The translations under genes were made by a program, and so were the position numbers. A DNA stretch of 64,000 bases from Lytechinus pictus. Taxonomy: Eukaryota. Below, piece by piece: positions 29,501-43,000 of this stretch (position 1 is the first letter of the stretch; the number at the start of each line of letters is the position of its first letter). The stretch covers positions 7,070,001 to 7,134,000 of the forward strand of contig NC_087250.1 in assembly GCF_037042905.1 (NCBI RefSeq), written 5' to 3'. The notes under the pieces were generated by a model. That model was not told where the DNA came from. It worked only from the letters and a program-made list of their open reading frames with translations, and made no database searches.

Positions 29501-32500
29501 CATAGAATTCATCCTGCAATAAGGTACCCATTCACCTCACCTGGGTCGAGTGCAGCAAAGTGGGGATAAATTTCTTTCTGAAGGAAAATAGGCCTAGGAT
29601 GCGAACCCATGTATTGCTTAGGTTACCCTACCAAAGAACAGATATCTCATGATATTTTGTTACATGGTCTTTAAAAGGTCCTGGTTTATTACATTCTTTA
29701 GTTCTTCAGTGATTTTATTCATCAATTTAAAGTAAATATAACATGCATATATCTTCAAGAAACCCCCCATCTCAAACTTCATTTTTGTAGCAGATCCTAC
29801 GGTGACACTGCATTTGCTCCTGTGAAATTTTCGCCTGTCTTAATATCTAGACTAAGAACTAAGATGCATTGCAAAAAGTCCTTCTCCTACAGTGCCCCCA
29901 TTCTTTGAAATTCCCTCCCCAGTACTCTCCGATCACAAAATAATCCTGGACTTTTCAAATCCCAACTTAAAACATTTCTCTTTAATGAAGCATTCAATTG
30001 GATCATTCCTTATACTTACGCCATATGTAATTGATATTGATGCTGTGCTATTGTAAGTAATTTATTATATTGTATAATTATATTTCTGAAAAGCGCATTG
30101 AGAGTCCTAACAAGTCTGAAATGCACTATATAAGAACTTCGTTATTATTATCATTATCTCAGAGGGCATAGGGTTAGAATTAGGATTGCAACACTTTTTG
30201 GTTTAGAATTATGCAAAGATAAGGATCAGGGTTTATTTAGTTAAGGATGTTAAGTTTTATGTTTGCCTTAACGTGCCCATTTTCAATCAGAGCAACTGAA
30301 GCCAGAGAAAATTTCATGGAACCGATCCTACTAACTCTCATCTAAAAGTAGCCATACTCACGTCTAAACCTTCTTTCCGGAGTACAGCCAAGCAGCTCTA
30401 GTCTGAGAGCAATCTCATCATTCCACGACTGAGGATATATTCTGATATAACGAGCATAGACCTCATCAAAGATGTTCCTTTTCACTGTGTCCTGGTCAGA
30501 GTTCCCTGTAAAAGTCTGGAGGAGATAGATGTTAATTATTCAATAAAATAATCTTTGTTACATATATCTTGTAGTATGGTTCTAGGCTTCTGACTGGTTA
30601 GAGTTGCAGTCATGGAATGCACTACTGACTACCAGGTGATATAGCAAAAACTATTGACTTGATATAATTATAGTACCTGCATCTACAATAGGTGTGACAG
30701 TCACTATGACAAATGCTGCATGTAGCAAGTAGATCTAGTCAGACGAGTTATAGCTAGTTTAGCTAGTTGTTGGTACCTCTTGTGAGTGCATCTAAATCTA
30801 AGCATAGTCAAAAAAAGTTATAGCCATTCTTCAAATGAGATTTTTCAGACTTTTATTACATTCAATGCCATAATCAAGTCCAAAATTGACCATTCGATGT
30901 TGTGTCAGCACAGCACCAACAGCACCATACATGAAATGAATCAGGTCCTGGGGCAAACCTGTCTATACAGTGCATCCCACAAAAAACGAAACCGAGATTT
31001 ATCGATGATTTATCATAACTTAATCACAAATACAATAGACAAATGACCTACCATTGTAAAGCTTAGAATCTCCTCTTTCATCTGAAATTACTAAGATTAT
31101 TTCTCATTCACGCATGAGTGAGCAAAAACAATTTGAAGAGGGGATACCAAAATGTCATTTGGCGGGCTGTATCTGGGTTTCATAAAGAAAACCACATTTT
31201 TAGAAAGTTCAATATCTGCTCTTTAATTTGATACCTCAATTACAGAAAATGGTCAAGAAATAACAAAGTTCTGGTTATTTGAAATAAGGCTTGAATTTCA
31301 ATAATTTCATAAAATTAAGAGATTCTACAGGCTAGCGTTCAAACTCACTCGACACTCCGTTTTTTGACGATCAGCCATGCATTAAGTCTTTTGTTAACCA
31401 TGCGAAAGTTTCTGTGGGAAACCGGTGAAAACACGTTTATTTAATGAAATTATGGAAATACAAGCATTGTTTCGAGGGAACATAACTTTTTTACTTCCTG
31501 ACCATTTTTGTGATTAAGGTATCAAATAAAAGAGCAGATATTGAACTTTTTAGGCATGTGATTTTTTTTTTTTTATTCAGATACCCCCGCCAAATGAGTT
31601 TTTGGTATCCTTTCTTCAAATTGTTTTTGCTCACTCATGCGTGAATGGGGAATAATCTAAGTAATATCAGATGAAAGAGGAGATTCTAAGCTTTACATTG
31701 GTAGGTCATTTGTCTATTGTATTTGTGATTAAGTTATGATAAATCATCGCTTCATCTCTGTTTAGTGAGCTATAAATTATATGATTTGGCTAATCTTTGT
31801 AATCTTAGATCAATTATGAAGCTAAGGAAGGTAATCTTAATCGTATATCCAACACAAACACCATAATCAGCACATACCTTGACATCCCCCTATGTATCAA
31901 CAGACAAACCAAGGAAAAGATGAAAAGTAAGAGAGGGGACACATAATAACCCTGCTAGACCTCCACAATTAATAACCGGCGGCCAAACGTTGTTTGTAAG
32001 TTATGAATGACTACACACGACTGGAGATCCTTCCTTGTGCTGATTGATATATCACTATGCCTTTTCACCTAAGAACATGTTCCAGTTGTGTGGAAAGTCA
32101 TGCATATCCTTACATACATCTTCATAAAATACCATCCAGGACTGAATGTCTATCTCTAAGACTTTTGATAACATACCTTTGCAAAAAAAAAAAAAAAAAA
32201 AAAAAACATACCTTTGCACTGAGGAATAAAAGAGGGGACATACAATAACCCTGCTAGACCCCCACAATTACCGCCCGGCCCGACTGGCACTCTCTAAACC
32301 TTTTAATATCATACCTTTGTACTGCCATCCTCCATGATGTAAGACCAGCTGGAGGTATCGTTGCTAACGGCAACCTCAAATGTCTCCACCCAGTATTCTA
32401 AGTCATTGCTTCCTTGGGTTAATATGCCTGAGAAGATTGTTATTTCTTCCATATCAATCTGAATCCATTGATTTGTATCTGATGATGCAGGTACCCAACC

Positions 32501-35500
32501 TAAGGAATGAATAATAAAGCATATTTTGTTGCGCGGCTGGCAGAAGGGCGTTAATGCGCACGAGCCCTGGAAAGTACCCTTTTACAACACGTGATTATGT
32601 CATTGTAGGCAATTACAGCTATACTACATGTAAATGAAAGAACTATCAAAACTATGTCACACAGCACTGAAAATCAAAAATCAATTTTTCTGTAAAAAAA
32701 TCGCGCTAACGCCCTTCTGCCAGCCATGCGACGATTTATTACCAGTGGTGTAATGAAGAAAGTAATGATATTACTTGCATGCGTGGATTTATGTGGGGGG
32801 CGTCTTGGTCTAGTGGTTAAGACTCATCTTTCAATCTGAAGGACATGGGTTCGATTCCAAGCCATGGCGGTTTTCCTTCAGCAAGGAATTTACCCACATT
32901 GTGCTGCACTCAACCCAGGTGAGGTAAATGGGTACTGGCAGGAAGTAATTCCTGAAAAAGCTGTGAGCACTAGAATCGGTAGACTAGCTTAGCCGGGGTA
33001 ATACAGGAGCGCCTTGAGCACCTAGCAAGGAGTATAAGGGTGCTATACAAATCCTATATTATATATTCATTAATTTATTTGGTTTTAAAGTTGTGCCTTG
33101 CTTTATCAGGATTAAACCACTCATCGACAGGTAAACTTTCATGATTGTGGAAAAAGGTTTTATCGATATCACCCCTATGACATCATCTTTCTGCAGCTAC
33201 TGTATCAATTCTAAACACCACCATCACCACCACAAACAATCATTAGAGTATCACCTGATAAAAGGGGTATACATGTACCATGACTTGGACTTGAACCTTG
33301 CATTATCAGGATAAAATCTATTATCGTCATTATCATCATAACCGTCCAATGCCCAGCAATCTTCAACATCACCATCCTCACCACCAAACAATCGCAATTA
33401 CCTGATCAAAATGGTATATCAGGATTTGATCATCACTTGAGCCTCATCCAATCTGGATGGTAATAATGATCATTAGGCCCTACAAGCTATTCACTATACC
33501 AATCACCAACATAACTGTCATTTACATCACTATCATTAACATCACCACAAACTCCGCTAAAATCAATGTTACACTGAACCTTAATGGTGACATACCTGAT
33601 CCAGCTGGGATATCAGAATCTGGTTTGAGGTCGAGCCTTGCCCTGTCAGGATCGTATTTGTTATTGGTGTTGCTCGAAGAGGAGAGCTGAGCTTCTTGAA
33701 TCACACCGTTGGCCATACCTCGGGCGTCCCGACAATCTAGGAGACAGAAAAATATTGAAACATTTACACAGGGAGAATGGGTGGGTGTTTCATAAGGCTG
33801 TTCATAAGTGACTAATGACTTGATGCACAACTGGGGACACCTTCTTATTCCTGGGTAGCCATCCTAGCCCCAGAAAAAACCCAACATGGAGGATAGAAGA
33901 GAGGGAAGAGGATCAGTGATAAATCCCTGAAAGCACTTTCAATAAAGTTGTTCATAAGTTAAGCATGACTTTAAGAAAGGACTGGTATTTGTTCTTGAGC
34001 TTTACCATCTGACCAAGCATCACAGCCACATCTTTCCCACAGAAATCCTGCACGTTTTAATCCCTTAACATCACTGTTTCATCATAGACAAGACTATTGG
34101 GAATGTGGAAAACTGCTGTAAAAGATGCTGTGTCTTTATGAGAGTTAACTTCACCAACATTTACAGTTTTGCCTCAGATCAACAGATCAATATTGCCCTC
34201 ATCCTTAGCTCGAGCGATATGAGACAAATTAAAACAACAATCAGATACTTCTCCCTCAAGTCTTGTCAATATGACTTACCACATTCAATTAGGTAATACT
34301 TGGAAACCCCTAGGAAGTCACCAGTATAGGTAGATATTTTCAGCTATTTAACACTCATGATGCCTTACCATATTCAAAGAGGTAATACTTGGGCACCCTT
34401 AGGAAGAGACCACCTGTGGTTTCATTGGTGTAGATGATAGTTTCTATCGGTGCTCCTAATACATCATAGAGGCAGGTCTCACTGATAGTCAGGTTGACAT
34501 TAGCAACGTCCCCTCGGACAGGGACACCACCATCTACTACTGCGACGATCATCTCAACTTGGTAGAAAGAGGAGTTCCCAATGCGTCTAGGAAGAGGAAA
34601 AAATACATTCATTAGGGTAAATGCACTATGAATATGCATGCAACAATATAAGTTTATTGTACATGGATCAAGATGTAGAAGGATCTTGATGGATCGAGGC
34701 ACATCAAGTAATATTACATGCATTTTGCATTTGATTATATAATTTTGGAGAAATATTGAATAGAGAAGTACTTTTCAAATAAGACATGTAGACATGTAGA
34801 ACACTCAAGCATCTAAATTTCAAATTATCTATGTCTTTCCCTTTATTGTCAAAGTATCAGATATAATTATAAGCTATTAAGATGACAATACAAGAATAAA
34901 AGTAGGTCACAGAATACAAATAAATGGAGTGCCTCTGGCAGTCTCGTCTGCATTACGGTACTCAACATAGCAATGCTGACTTTGAAATAAGTACGATGAA
35001 TGGTTATTTACAAAAAGCCATTCACAAGATAATGAAATTTTTAGTTTATTGACCTTAAATGACCTTTGACATTGATCATGTGACCTGAAACTCGCTGTTA
35101 GGAAAGCATCTCGCATAGCTATGCAGGCAAGAGAAAAAAAATGGTACCTTCTGCTTTGTCAGGCGCTCTATGAGAATTAGAACATGTTATGTTGTGCAGG
35201 GCCCACTGGAAGAACAGCTGATAGCTGAAGTGGCTTTCCAGGGAAATACAAGTTATCATTATTATTATCACTGGGTCACGCTCGACTCTATACTCACTCT
35301 TCTGATAGTGTATTGGAGAGATATGTAAGTTCCGCATTAATCCCAGAGTCTTGATCGGTGGCATTAACGACAGCTAACTCAGCGTTGTTCAGGACAGGGA
35401 GAGGGAAGAACTCAAAGCTGTCATTGCCATTGAAGATTGGACAGTTATCATTGATATCATCGACATAGATCTGAAAGAAAGAAGATTTGCATACAACAAA

Positions 35501-38500
35501 GGATTGAAAGTACATTTGTGTGTCATTCATAAATTAGCACATTCATGATTCATTGAAATTATTATTTTTGTTTGTAAATGACTATACAGTTTTGTTGATT
35601 ATGTAATATGTGACTTTCAGGGTTTGACTTCTTCGCCAGACTTGATTGATGGCTAGTCTGCTGTGCAAACCCTTCACTCGAGTTCAGAGTCTGAATGAGC
35701 AACCTAATCATGTCTTGTGTACTGAAGGCCCTCTCACTCATGCCATCGAGTTTTGTGCTAGTCTTTGCGTGGAGACACACTTGTTGATCAAAGTTTCAAT
35801 CAGGGTCTGTGCCTGCAGATAAGTTCATGGCCAGGATGAATTCTAGCTTACCCCCCCCCCCCATCCCCGGCTGTGAGATGGGTCTACATGACCCAGTCTC
35901 TATTCCACTACAAGCAGATTACAGTGAATTCTGCCCCTCCCTATCCCTGGCTGTTCGATGGGGGTCCAAATAACCCAGCTCCATTCAACTATAAGTGGAT
36001 TAGAGTGGATTCTGTCCCACGTACCTAGCTTTGAGATGGCACCAAATAACCCAGGTGGGTATTTTATGGAGCTTTTCGAAAGTTACCACCACCTTTAAGA
36101 ATGACTGGTGATCCCATCTGGCGGTAAATGATACACAGTAGATTTCCAATGGTGCTGATGTATTTCCAAAGAAAGGATCACCAGCCAATGTAAAGTCGCT
36201 CATAACTAACAAATAGCTTTATGAAACACACACCTCCTCTATTAGATTCAATACACTTAATAATCCTCACTGAGTTTCAGCATCCACCCTCTTCATGTTC
36301 CACATTCACTCTCACTGGCTATGGGGTTGAATGAAGCATAGTGAAATCGATATCATGATAGACTGGGAGATCATTTGCGTAAGCGATTCCAATCCATACC
36401 CTACATGTAGATATTCAACATTTTTCTTAAGTTGTGCTTATTTTGTCTACAACTGGTGAACGTATGATTTTAAGTAAACTAAAATCTTTGTGAAACACCT
36501 CTCCCCAGCTGAAAGCTTACCTGAACGGCTATTTCTCCTGATCGAGGCGGAGATGAGTTATTATCTTCCACGCTGATGATGAGGAGGTAATCGTAGGCGA
36601 CCTCGTAGTCGACTTCATTCTCAATGGTGAGGAGAACCTGATCGGTGTAGATGTCGTACTCCTGGATGCCAGCTTCATCAGGCTCAGGAACTAGGTGAGA
36701 ATAAATATGGATTTTATTCAACTTTGTGAAAAGATGTATTTGAGTGGGCTCTCAATGATGTCACCATGAGCTTTGTAACTATTATTTTTCTAAAGACATC
36801 TCTACTCCAATATCATGATCACCATCATCACAGTCACCCTTATTCCCATGATCATCGAGAGCATTATCTCCTTCATCACTATCACCATCATTATCATCAT
36901 CACTATCATCATCATCACCATCATCACCACCATCACCACCATCATCATCATCACACTCATCACCATCAACATCACCCTCATCAATATCATTACCATCATT
37001 ATCACAACCATAATCAAAATCTTTAATGTCACAATCATTGCAATTATCGCCATCATCATCAACATTACCATCAATATTTCTATCGCAATCAACATCACCA
37101 CTACCACCATTATGGACACTATAAGCATCATCATAATAATTGCATCCACAGAAATCATTGTGATCTATTTGGATCATAATCGTTATGATCCAAATGATTC
37201 AAATGAAAAAAAGGAGTCCTGGGCCCCGTCTTACAAAGAGTAACGATTGATCTGATCAACCTCATGTATATGGAAATCCATCAACGTCATATTTTTTTCT
37301 TCAGAAAATTAGCACAACATCCTTTGTAAACAAAGAGGAACACGCTGAATTGTCAATAAAACTATGAATGTATGAATATACATCATATGTAGAAAATATT
37401 TTTAACAACCAAGCGTTCTAGATGTTTACGTTGCTGGCTTTCCATAGTTGTGGTCGATTGGATCAATCGCAACTCTTTGTAAGACAGGGCCCTGATCACG
37501 TGGTGCAAATTTTTCGTCTCGATGTCAGGTGTGTCTCCCTCACTTTTCTTTTTTTTTAAATCAAGACATGTTTAGCATTCTTATATTTAAACATTGAGAA
37601 ACTACATGATTTGAAAAACTATATTACTCTTACACCTATACCCCACCTCACAAATACACATGGGCTATTTTTTTAATCTTAACTCCTGGAAAAAAAAGGA
37701 GTAGTTGATAGGCCTGCAAGAGGTTGATAATAAAAATGTGACATTGAAAATAATAGTATGATCGTGTTTTCCAACAATTCTTACTTTCGCTGATGTGGTT
37801 TACGGTACACCATGTGAAGTGTTATAGAAACAGTGGATAGAAGAAGAGAAGAAATGGATAGGCGAGAAAGTGGAGATTTGAGAGTAGAGTATTCTTTCTT
37901 GAAAGTAGTCCTGAAAAGGACTGTAAACCAGGAAAGATTCACACTCCTGAAGACGGACAGTCAACCTGCCCGAAACGTCGAGTCTCTCTACTACTCATCA
38001 TCTCTACTCGCCGACTCAAGCCAGCATCTCCTCATTAGCTCTACTACTCAAGCTGTTCTCAACTCATCAATCTTTCCTGGTTTACAGTCCTTTTCAGGAC
38101 TACTTTCAAGAAAGAATACTCTACTTTCTCGCCTATCCATTTCTTCTCTTCTTCTATCCACTGTTTCTATAACACTTCACAAGGTGTACCGTAAACCACA
38201 TCAGCCATTGTACATACCACCATGCAAACCTTCAAACAAATTCTTACTTTGTACAGGTGTGAATGCACAGGTGACAAAGGATGTTCCATTAATGGTGTAG
38301 GTAGGGGTAGGTTCCACCGTGGAGGGGATGATCCCAGCATTAATATTCTCTGTTGTGTAGTTCTTAATCGTGAAATGCCTCGCCTCATTACCTGCAGTTC
38401 AAATGAATACATGACTCAATTTAATATCCGCATCCTGCAAAATTCACCAGTGGGGGGGGGGGTGTTTCACAAAGATTTCAGTATGGATTCAGTCACACTT

Positions 38501-39949
38501 AAATGCCGACGCGTACACCAAATGCAACGCTCCATCTTGTTGATCAATACGCAGTAGTGCGCATCCTCTTGGCATGATCTGACCAATGCGGTTATGCTTT
38601 TTATACTGTGCGCAACTAGTTATTTAAGTGCGACTCTGAGTAATACTTAAATCTTTGTGAAACACCCCCAAGATAGTTCTCAGTAATAGCCAAAATAGTA
38701 AATTGGTCTTCAAAAAGCCCAAAATGAATAATTAGCTTATCTGAAGTAGTATTTCTCCTTTATGCTGTACAAAATTCCAAATAGTAAAGTTGATTAGAAG
38801 ACAAGATACAAGCCTTTGCTTGACACAAGTTTTTTGTGGACTGCTTGGAAGTTTCTATAAAATTGCAGTGTGCACATCTCATGCTTGAGTGAACATAATC
38901 TTCAAACATTGTTTCTCCGTATTTTCTGAAGCTCTCACTTCGAGTCCTCTGCATTCAATCAAGTATTTCAGTTGGTAATTGTTGATCAATTTCGACAATT
39001 TATATATCATTTCAAAGCTACGGCTGTGCGTTTTCAAAATAAATTAAAATCTTAAAATTCATTTTGGGCGACTTATTGTTGGTCTGGATTGGCTGGTCAC
39101 ATTTAGACCTAGGGCCCAATGCAACTGAAAAAAAATCAAGAGCAAGTCCTGAATACCTGCATATGATTGGCTCAAAATCATGTCACAACTTATTTTTAGA
39201 GTTGAGTTTGATTGCATACTTTTCAATGCACAGGGTCCCATTTCACACGAAAGATCAAAACGGAAATATTATAGTGCGAACCAGGGAAGTAGAGAAAAAG
39301 TCGGCTCCCGAAAAAGTCAACAATGTTGTTAACTCTTTGTGCGCTGGACCATGAACCCATCTGTACTGAATTATTTTCAGGGAGGGAAACAATGCATTGT
39401 TTGTTGAGTGTGAAATGTGAAGTTCGCACGGCACCGAGTGTGCATTGGTGCGAAGTACGCGTGGAAAGGGTTAATACCCAATTTAATGTAATTATCCAAA
39501 AGATCACTATTAATATGAGTATATTTAGTGGCAGTTTGTCCCATGAAAACAATATAAATATCTCACCACTGACAATGGAAACATTATAATTTGGACCAGT
39601 AGAGAAATAGTCGGCTACCGAGAGAGTCTGGACGATGCCGTCTACACTCAAACCTTCGTTGATATGAACGGAATGATCGATGATTCTCTCATCCTCTTCC
39701 ATGACATTAAAACGCTTGAGCTCTAAGAAGAAATCTGATTTGCACATCTGCCTTTCGGTGTGGAAGATATCAAACCTATAGGCATCGCCAACCTATGGAT
39801 AATAAAACAATATATAGATAAAAATATATATACATATGAAATAAGAACAGATGATAAAGTAGTCTGAAGCACATATCCACCTTTCAGTGTGAAAGATATC
39901 AAATCTATAGCCATCGACAACCTATGGATAAATAAATAAATTAATAAAT

Positions 39950-39987
<38 letters not shown>

Positions 39988-40007
39988 AAATAAATAAATT
40001 AATAAAT

Positions 40008-40056
<49 letters not shown>

Positions 40057-43000
40057 CATCACCAACTTCTGGATATTCAAAAGAAGTAATATGAACGAAG
40101 ATGATACCGATGTATGCAAGGAAAGGCATAAACGTACAGAAACTTTAAAATGCCATCAACTTAATGAGATGGCGATAAATTTTATCTTTCCATGTTGACT
40201 TATTTGCAACAGGGGGTGTAAACTGATTTACTACAGCTAGAAATGATCCAACACTTGTAAAATTACAACATATATTTTTGGCTGAATGCATAATTTTTGC
40301 AATTCATTTGCAATAAATTTGAAATCGATTACAAATATTTGCCGGCAATATTCTCCCTGTTTAGTCAAAGCTATGAAATATTTCTTACCACAAGATCAAG
40401 TGTCACAGCCTCTGCAGGAACACTCCCGGTAATAACACATTCTCCATCTACAATACTGCCCTCTTCTGGTGTGATTGTACCACCTCCTAAATTAAAAAAC
40501 AAACAACCTTTCTGTTATGTTTACATTAATCAAATACAATTTAGATGCAAAAAACCTTTTCTCGTTCATGATCATACTCTATTCAAGGTAAGATGGGAGA
40601 CTAGTCCTACTTGAGTAAGATTCACATCGTTTGATACTGGTTATAACCTCTTTTTCTGACTGAAAAATGTGTAAAAATAAAGATGCACAGTGTACTCCAG
40701 TAGGAGCTAAAATGCACACTATAAGGATGTACAGTTGACTCAAGGAGTTATTTGAACTCAATAAATATTAATGTTCACTCTACAAGAAGTTATAATGCAC
40801 TCTATAGCAGTCAGTTGGCAAGCCCCTGTGTTAATGAGCAAGATTTATCCAAGTCCTCTCGTGGCTGAATTCATGTCCCTGCAAAATCTCGTGAATTGTG
40901 AGACTTTCTTTCTCAAAGAATTTAACCACTTTCTCCTTGAGTAATATTGATTATTTTGTACCATGGGCAAGAGTAAATGATACTCTTTTATATTGGTCAT
41001 TTCTTTTGAATGAAATATTTTGATAAATAAGTGAAATTTTTAACCTGAAAAGATGCATCACACAGAATTTTCTTCCTCTGTTTTCACTTGCAAATTGTGC
41101 AACATTTTGTGTTGTAGGCACCAACATTATTTATATCATCAGAAAGCTCAAACTCTATACTTTCTTACAATGTCACTCTTGATATGTGGCATCTTTTAGA
41201 TGGGTCAGCAGCCAGCTTTTTCCATCAAGATGCAAGACAAGATTTCTGAAATTTCTGAGTAACATAAAATCCAGAGTTCTGATTGGCTGAATAATGTTTT
41301 CAACACAACAGGCGCGAGTAATTTGAAGAGATTACCACATGGTGAGTGTGACCTTGCAGAGGCCCAGTGAGGGGAACATTGGAATTTGCGTGGGTATGTG
41401 GTCTCTATGACCAATCAGAGCGCAGTATTCTTGTTTTTTAGCTGCTAAATGTACTTGGCCTATGAAAAGCTTGCTGCTGACCCATCTAAAATACATCTTC
41501 TTATAAAAATTATATGATATTAAAGCTTAGATATTCAGCTTTATCATGATTAAAAAATCATTTGTGCTCAAACAGAAATTAAGTGTGAAAACAACAACTT
41601 TTGTTGCATGAAAAAATTATTTTGTTTCATGTTTTAGATCAAAAGTTTTTCCTATATTACAACATCCTTTTAAAAATCCAAACACATGACCTGAAAGAAT
41701 GATTCTCCTTCTTTACAAAGATACCAAAAACATGAAATTTGGTCAATATTTAGAGCAGCAATGGCCGAATAAAAAGAGGTGTTTTGGTTCGCACTAAGCT
41801 CATTAACTATGCAAAAACCCTCTAGTCATGAATATCACTTGGATAAAAGAAGCTACTTTTTCAGGGCTTGCCAACTGACTGATAGGCATTACAGTCCACT
41901 CCAGAGTGTTATAATGCACTCTATAAGTATTACAGCTCACTCAAAAAGGGGTTAAAATGCACTGTATGGGTGTACAGGAATTCATTCTGAGAGGAGTGTG
42001 ATTAGGAAGTAGAAGAGCTCTTTTGCTTTTAAAGAGTAGTAGGGCAATCCCTCAAACAATCAAACTTCATTCATGAAACCCAATTTTTCTCCATTCTTAC
42101 TTCTTTCCATGAACTTACTACTTATCCTGCTTAATCCAAGATAATTTAAGAGCATTAAGACCTTGTTGTATGCGACAGCAACTTACAAGAAAATTGTGTT
42201 TAACCCTCAAAATACCCTCTAATTTTGCATTTAAGACAGAAGGGTAATTGAAGCCAAAGTATACGCATACTGCACACAGTTTGTGGAATAGCGTGCCCAA
42301 CATGCGTAAAGATCGCTTCTCGGAGGACCATTGTGTCCTCAGATATGCTTAAACTAGTTTGATAATGAGGCAAAGCAGTGACTCTTGAAAACAACATCGC
42401 AAGGTGGTTTTCCAAACACGTTTGGAAGGTTTGGAAGATCGATTCCATGACCGCTTTGAGCATTCCAATTACGCGTTAAACTGTCTACTTTCCACTAAAC
42501 TACGTGTAGTTGTAGGACTTTAATGAGAATGGGGTCTCCATCACTTTCTTAACTCTTAATGTGACATTCACTGTAACCAGCGAGTGCCACTTTTTTCAAA
42601 GATTCTATATTTAAATGTTTTATTTACCAAAAAAAGAAAATCACTCATGAGACAATAATGTTAAACCTCTTGACCATAAGCTGAACTGAACAATGGAATC
42701 ACTCATGCATGCAATGCACTCCTCAAAATGCAATAGGCATAACAATAGCCGTGTGACCATTGCCCAAAAATGTGTTCGTGGCAGTCCAGTGGATGCACAG
42801 ATATGTGTTCATGGCACGTTAAGGGTTAATGTCACTTCCTCAGCAGATGAACTACACTGCCTTGGACTTTTTCTTTACTCTGGCTGAACATTAGGCTCTG
42901 GTGTTTAGTAGTGAAAGTCAAATCAAGGTTTTTTTTTGTTTACAAAACATCCTTAAATTGAAAGTCAGTGGGGCATTGGCTCTCATAGGGAATGGATAAT

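Noticed and set aside
36766..37243. His-, Asp-, Met- and Ile-rich ORFs (also 53656-53998 and 1601-1867)
   Set aside because: Open frames of (CAT)n/(ATT)n repeats, with no splice or homology support.
37833..38300. 155-aa plus-strand ORF
   Set aside because: Runs through the inverted-repeat element; no RT or GIY-YIG motifs.
42118..42463. Candidate exon or retroelement fragment
   Set aside because: Not needed for the frame between exons 10 and 11, and no recognisable motif.
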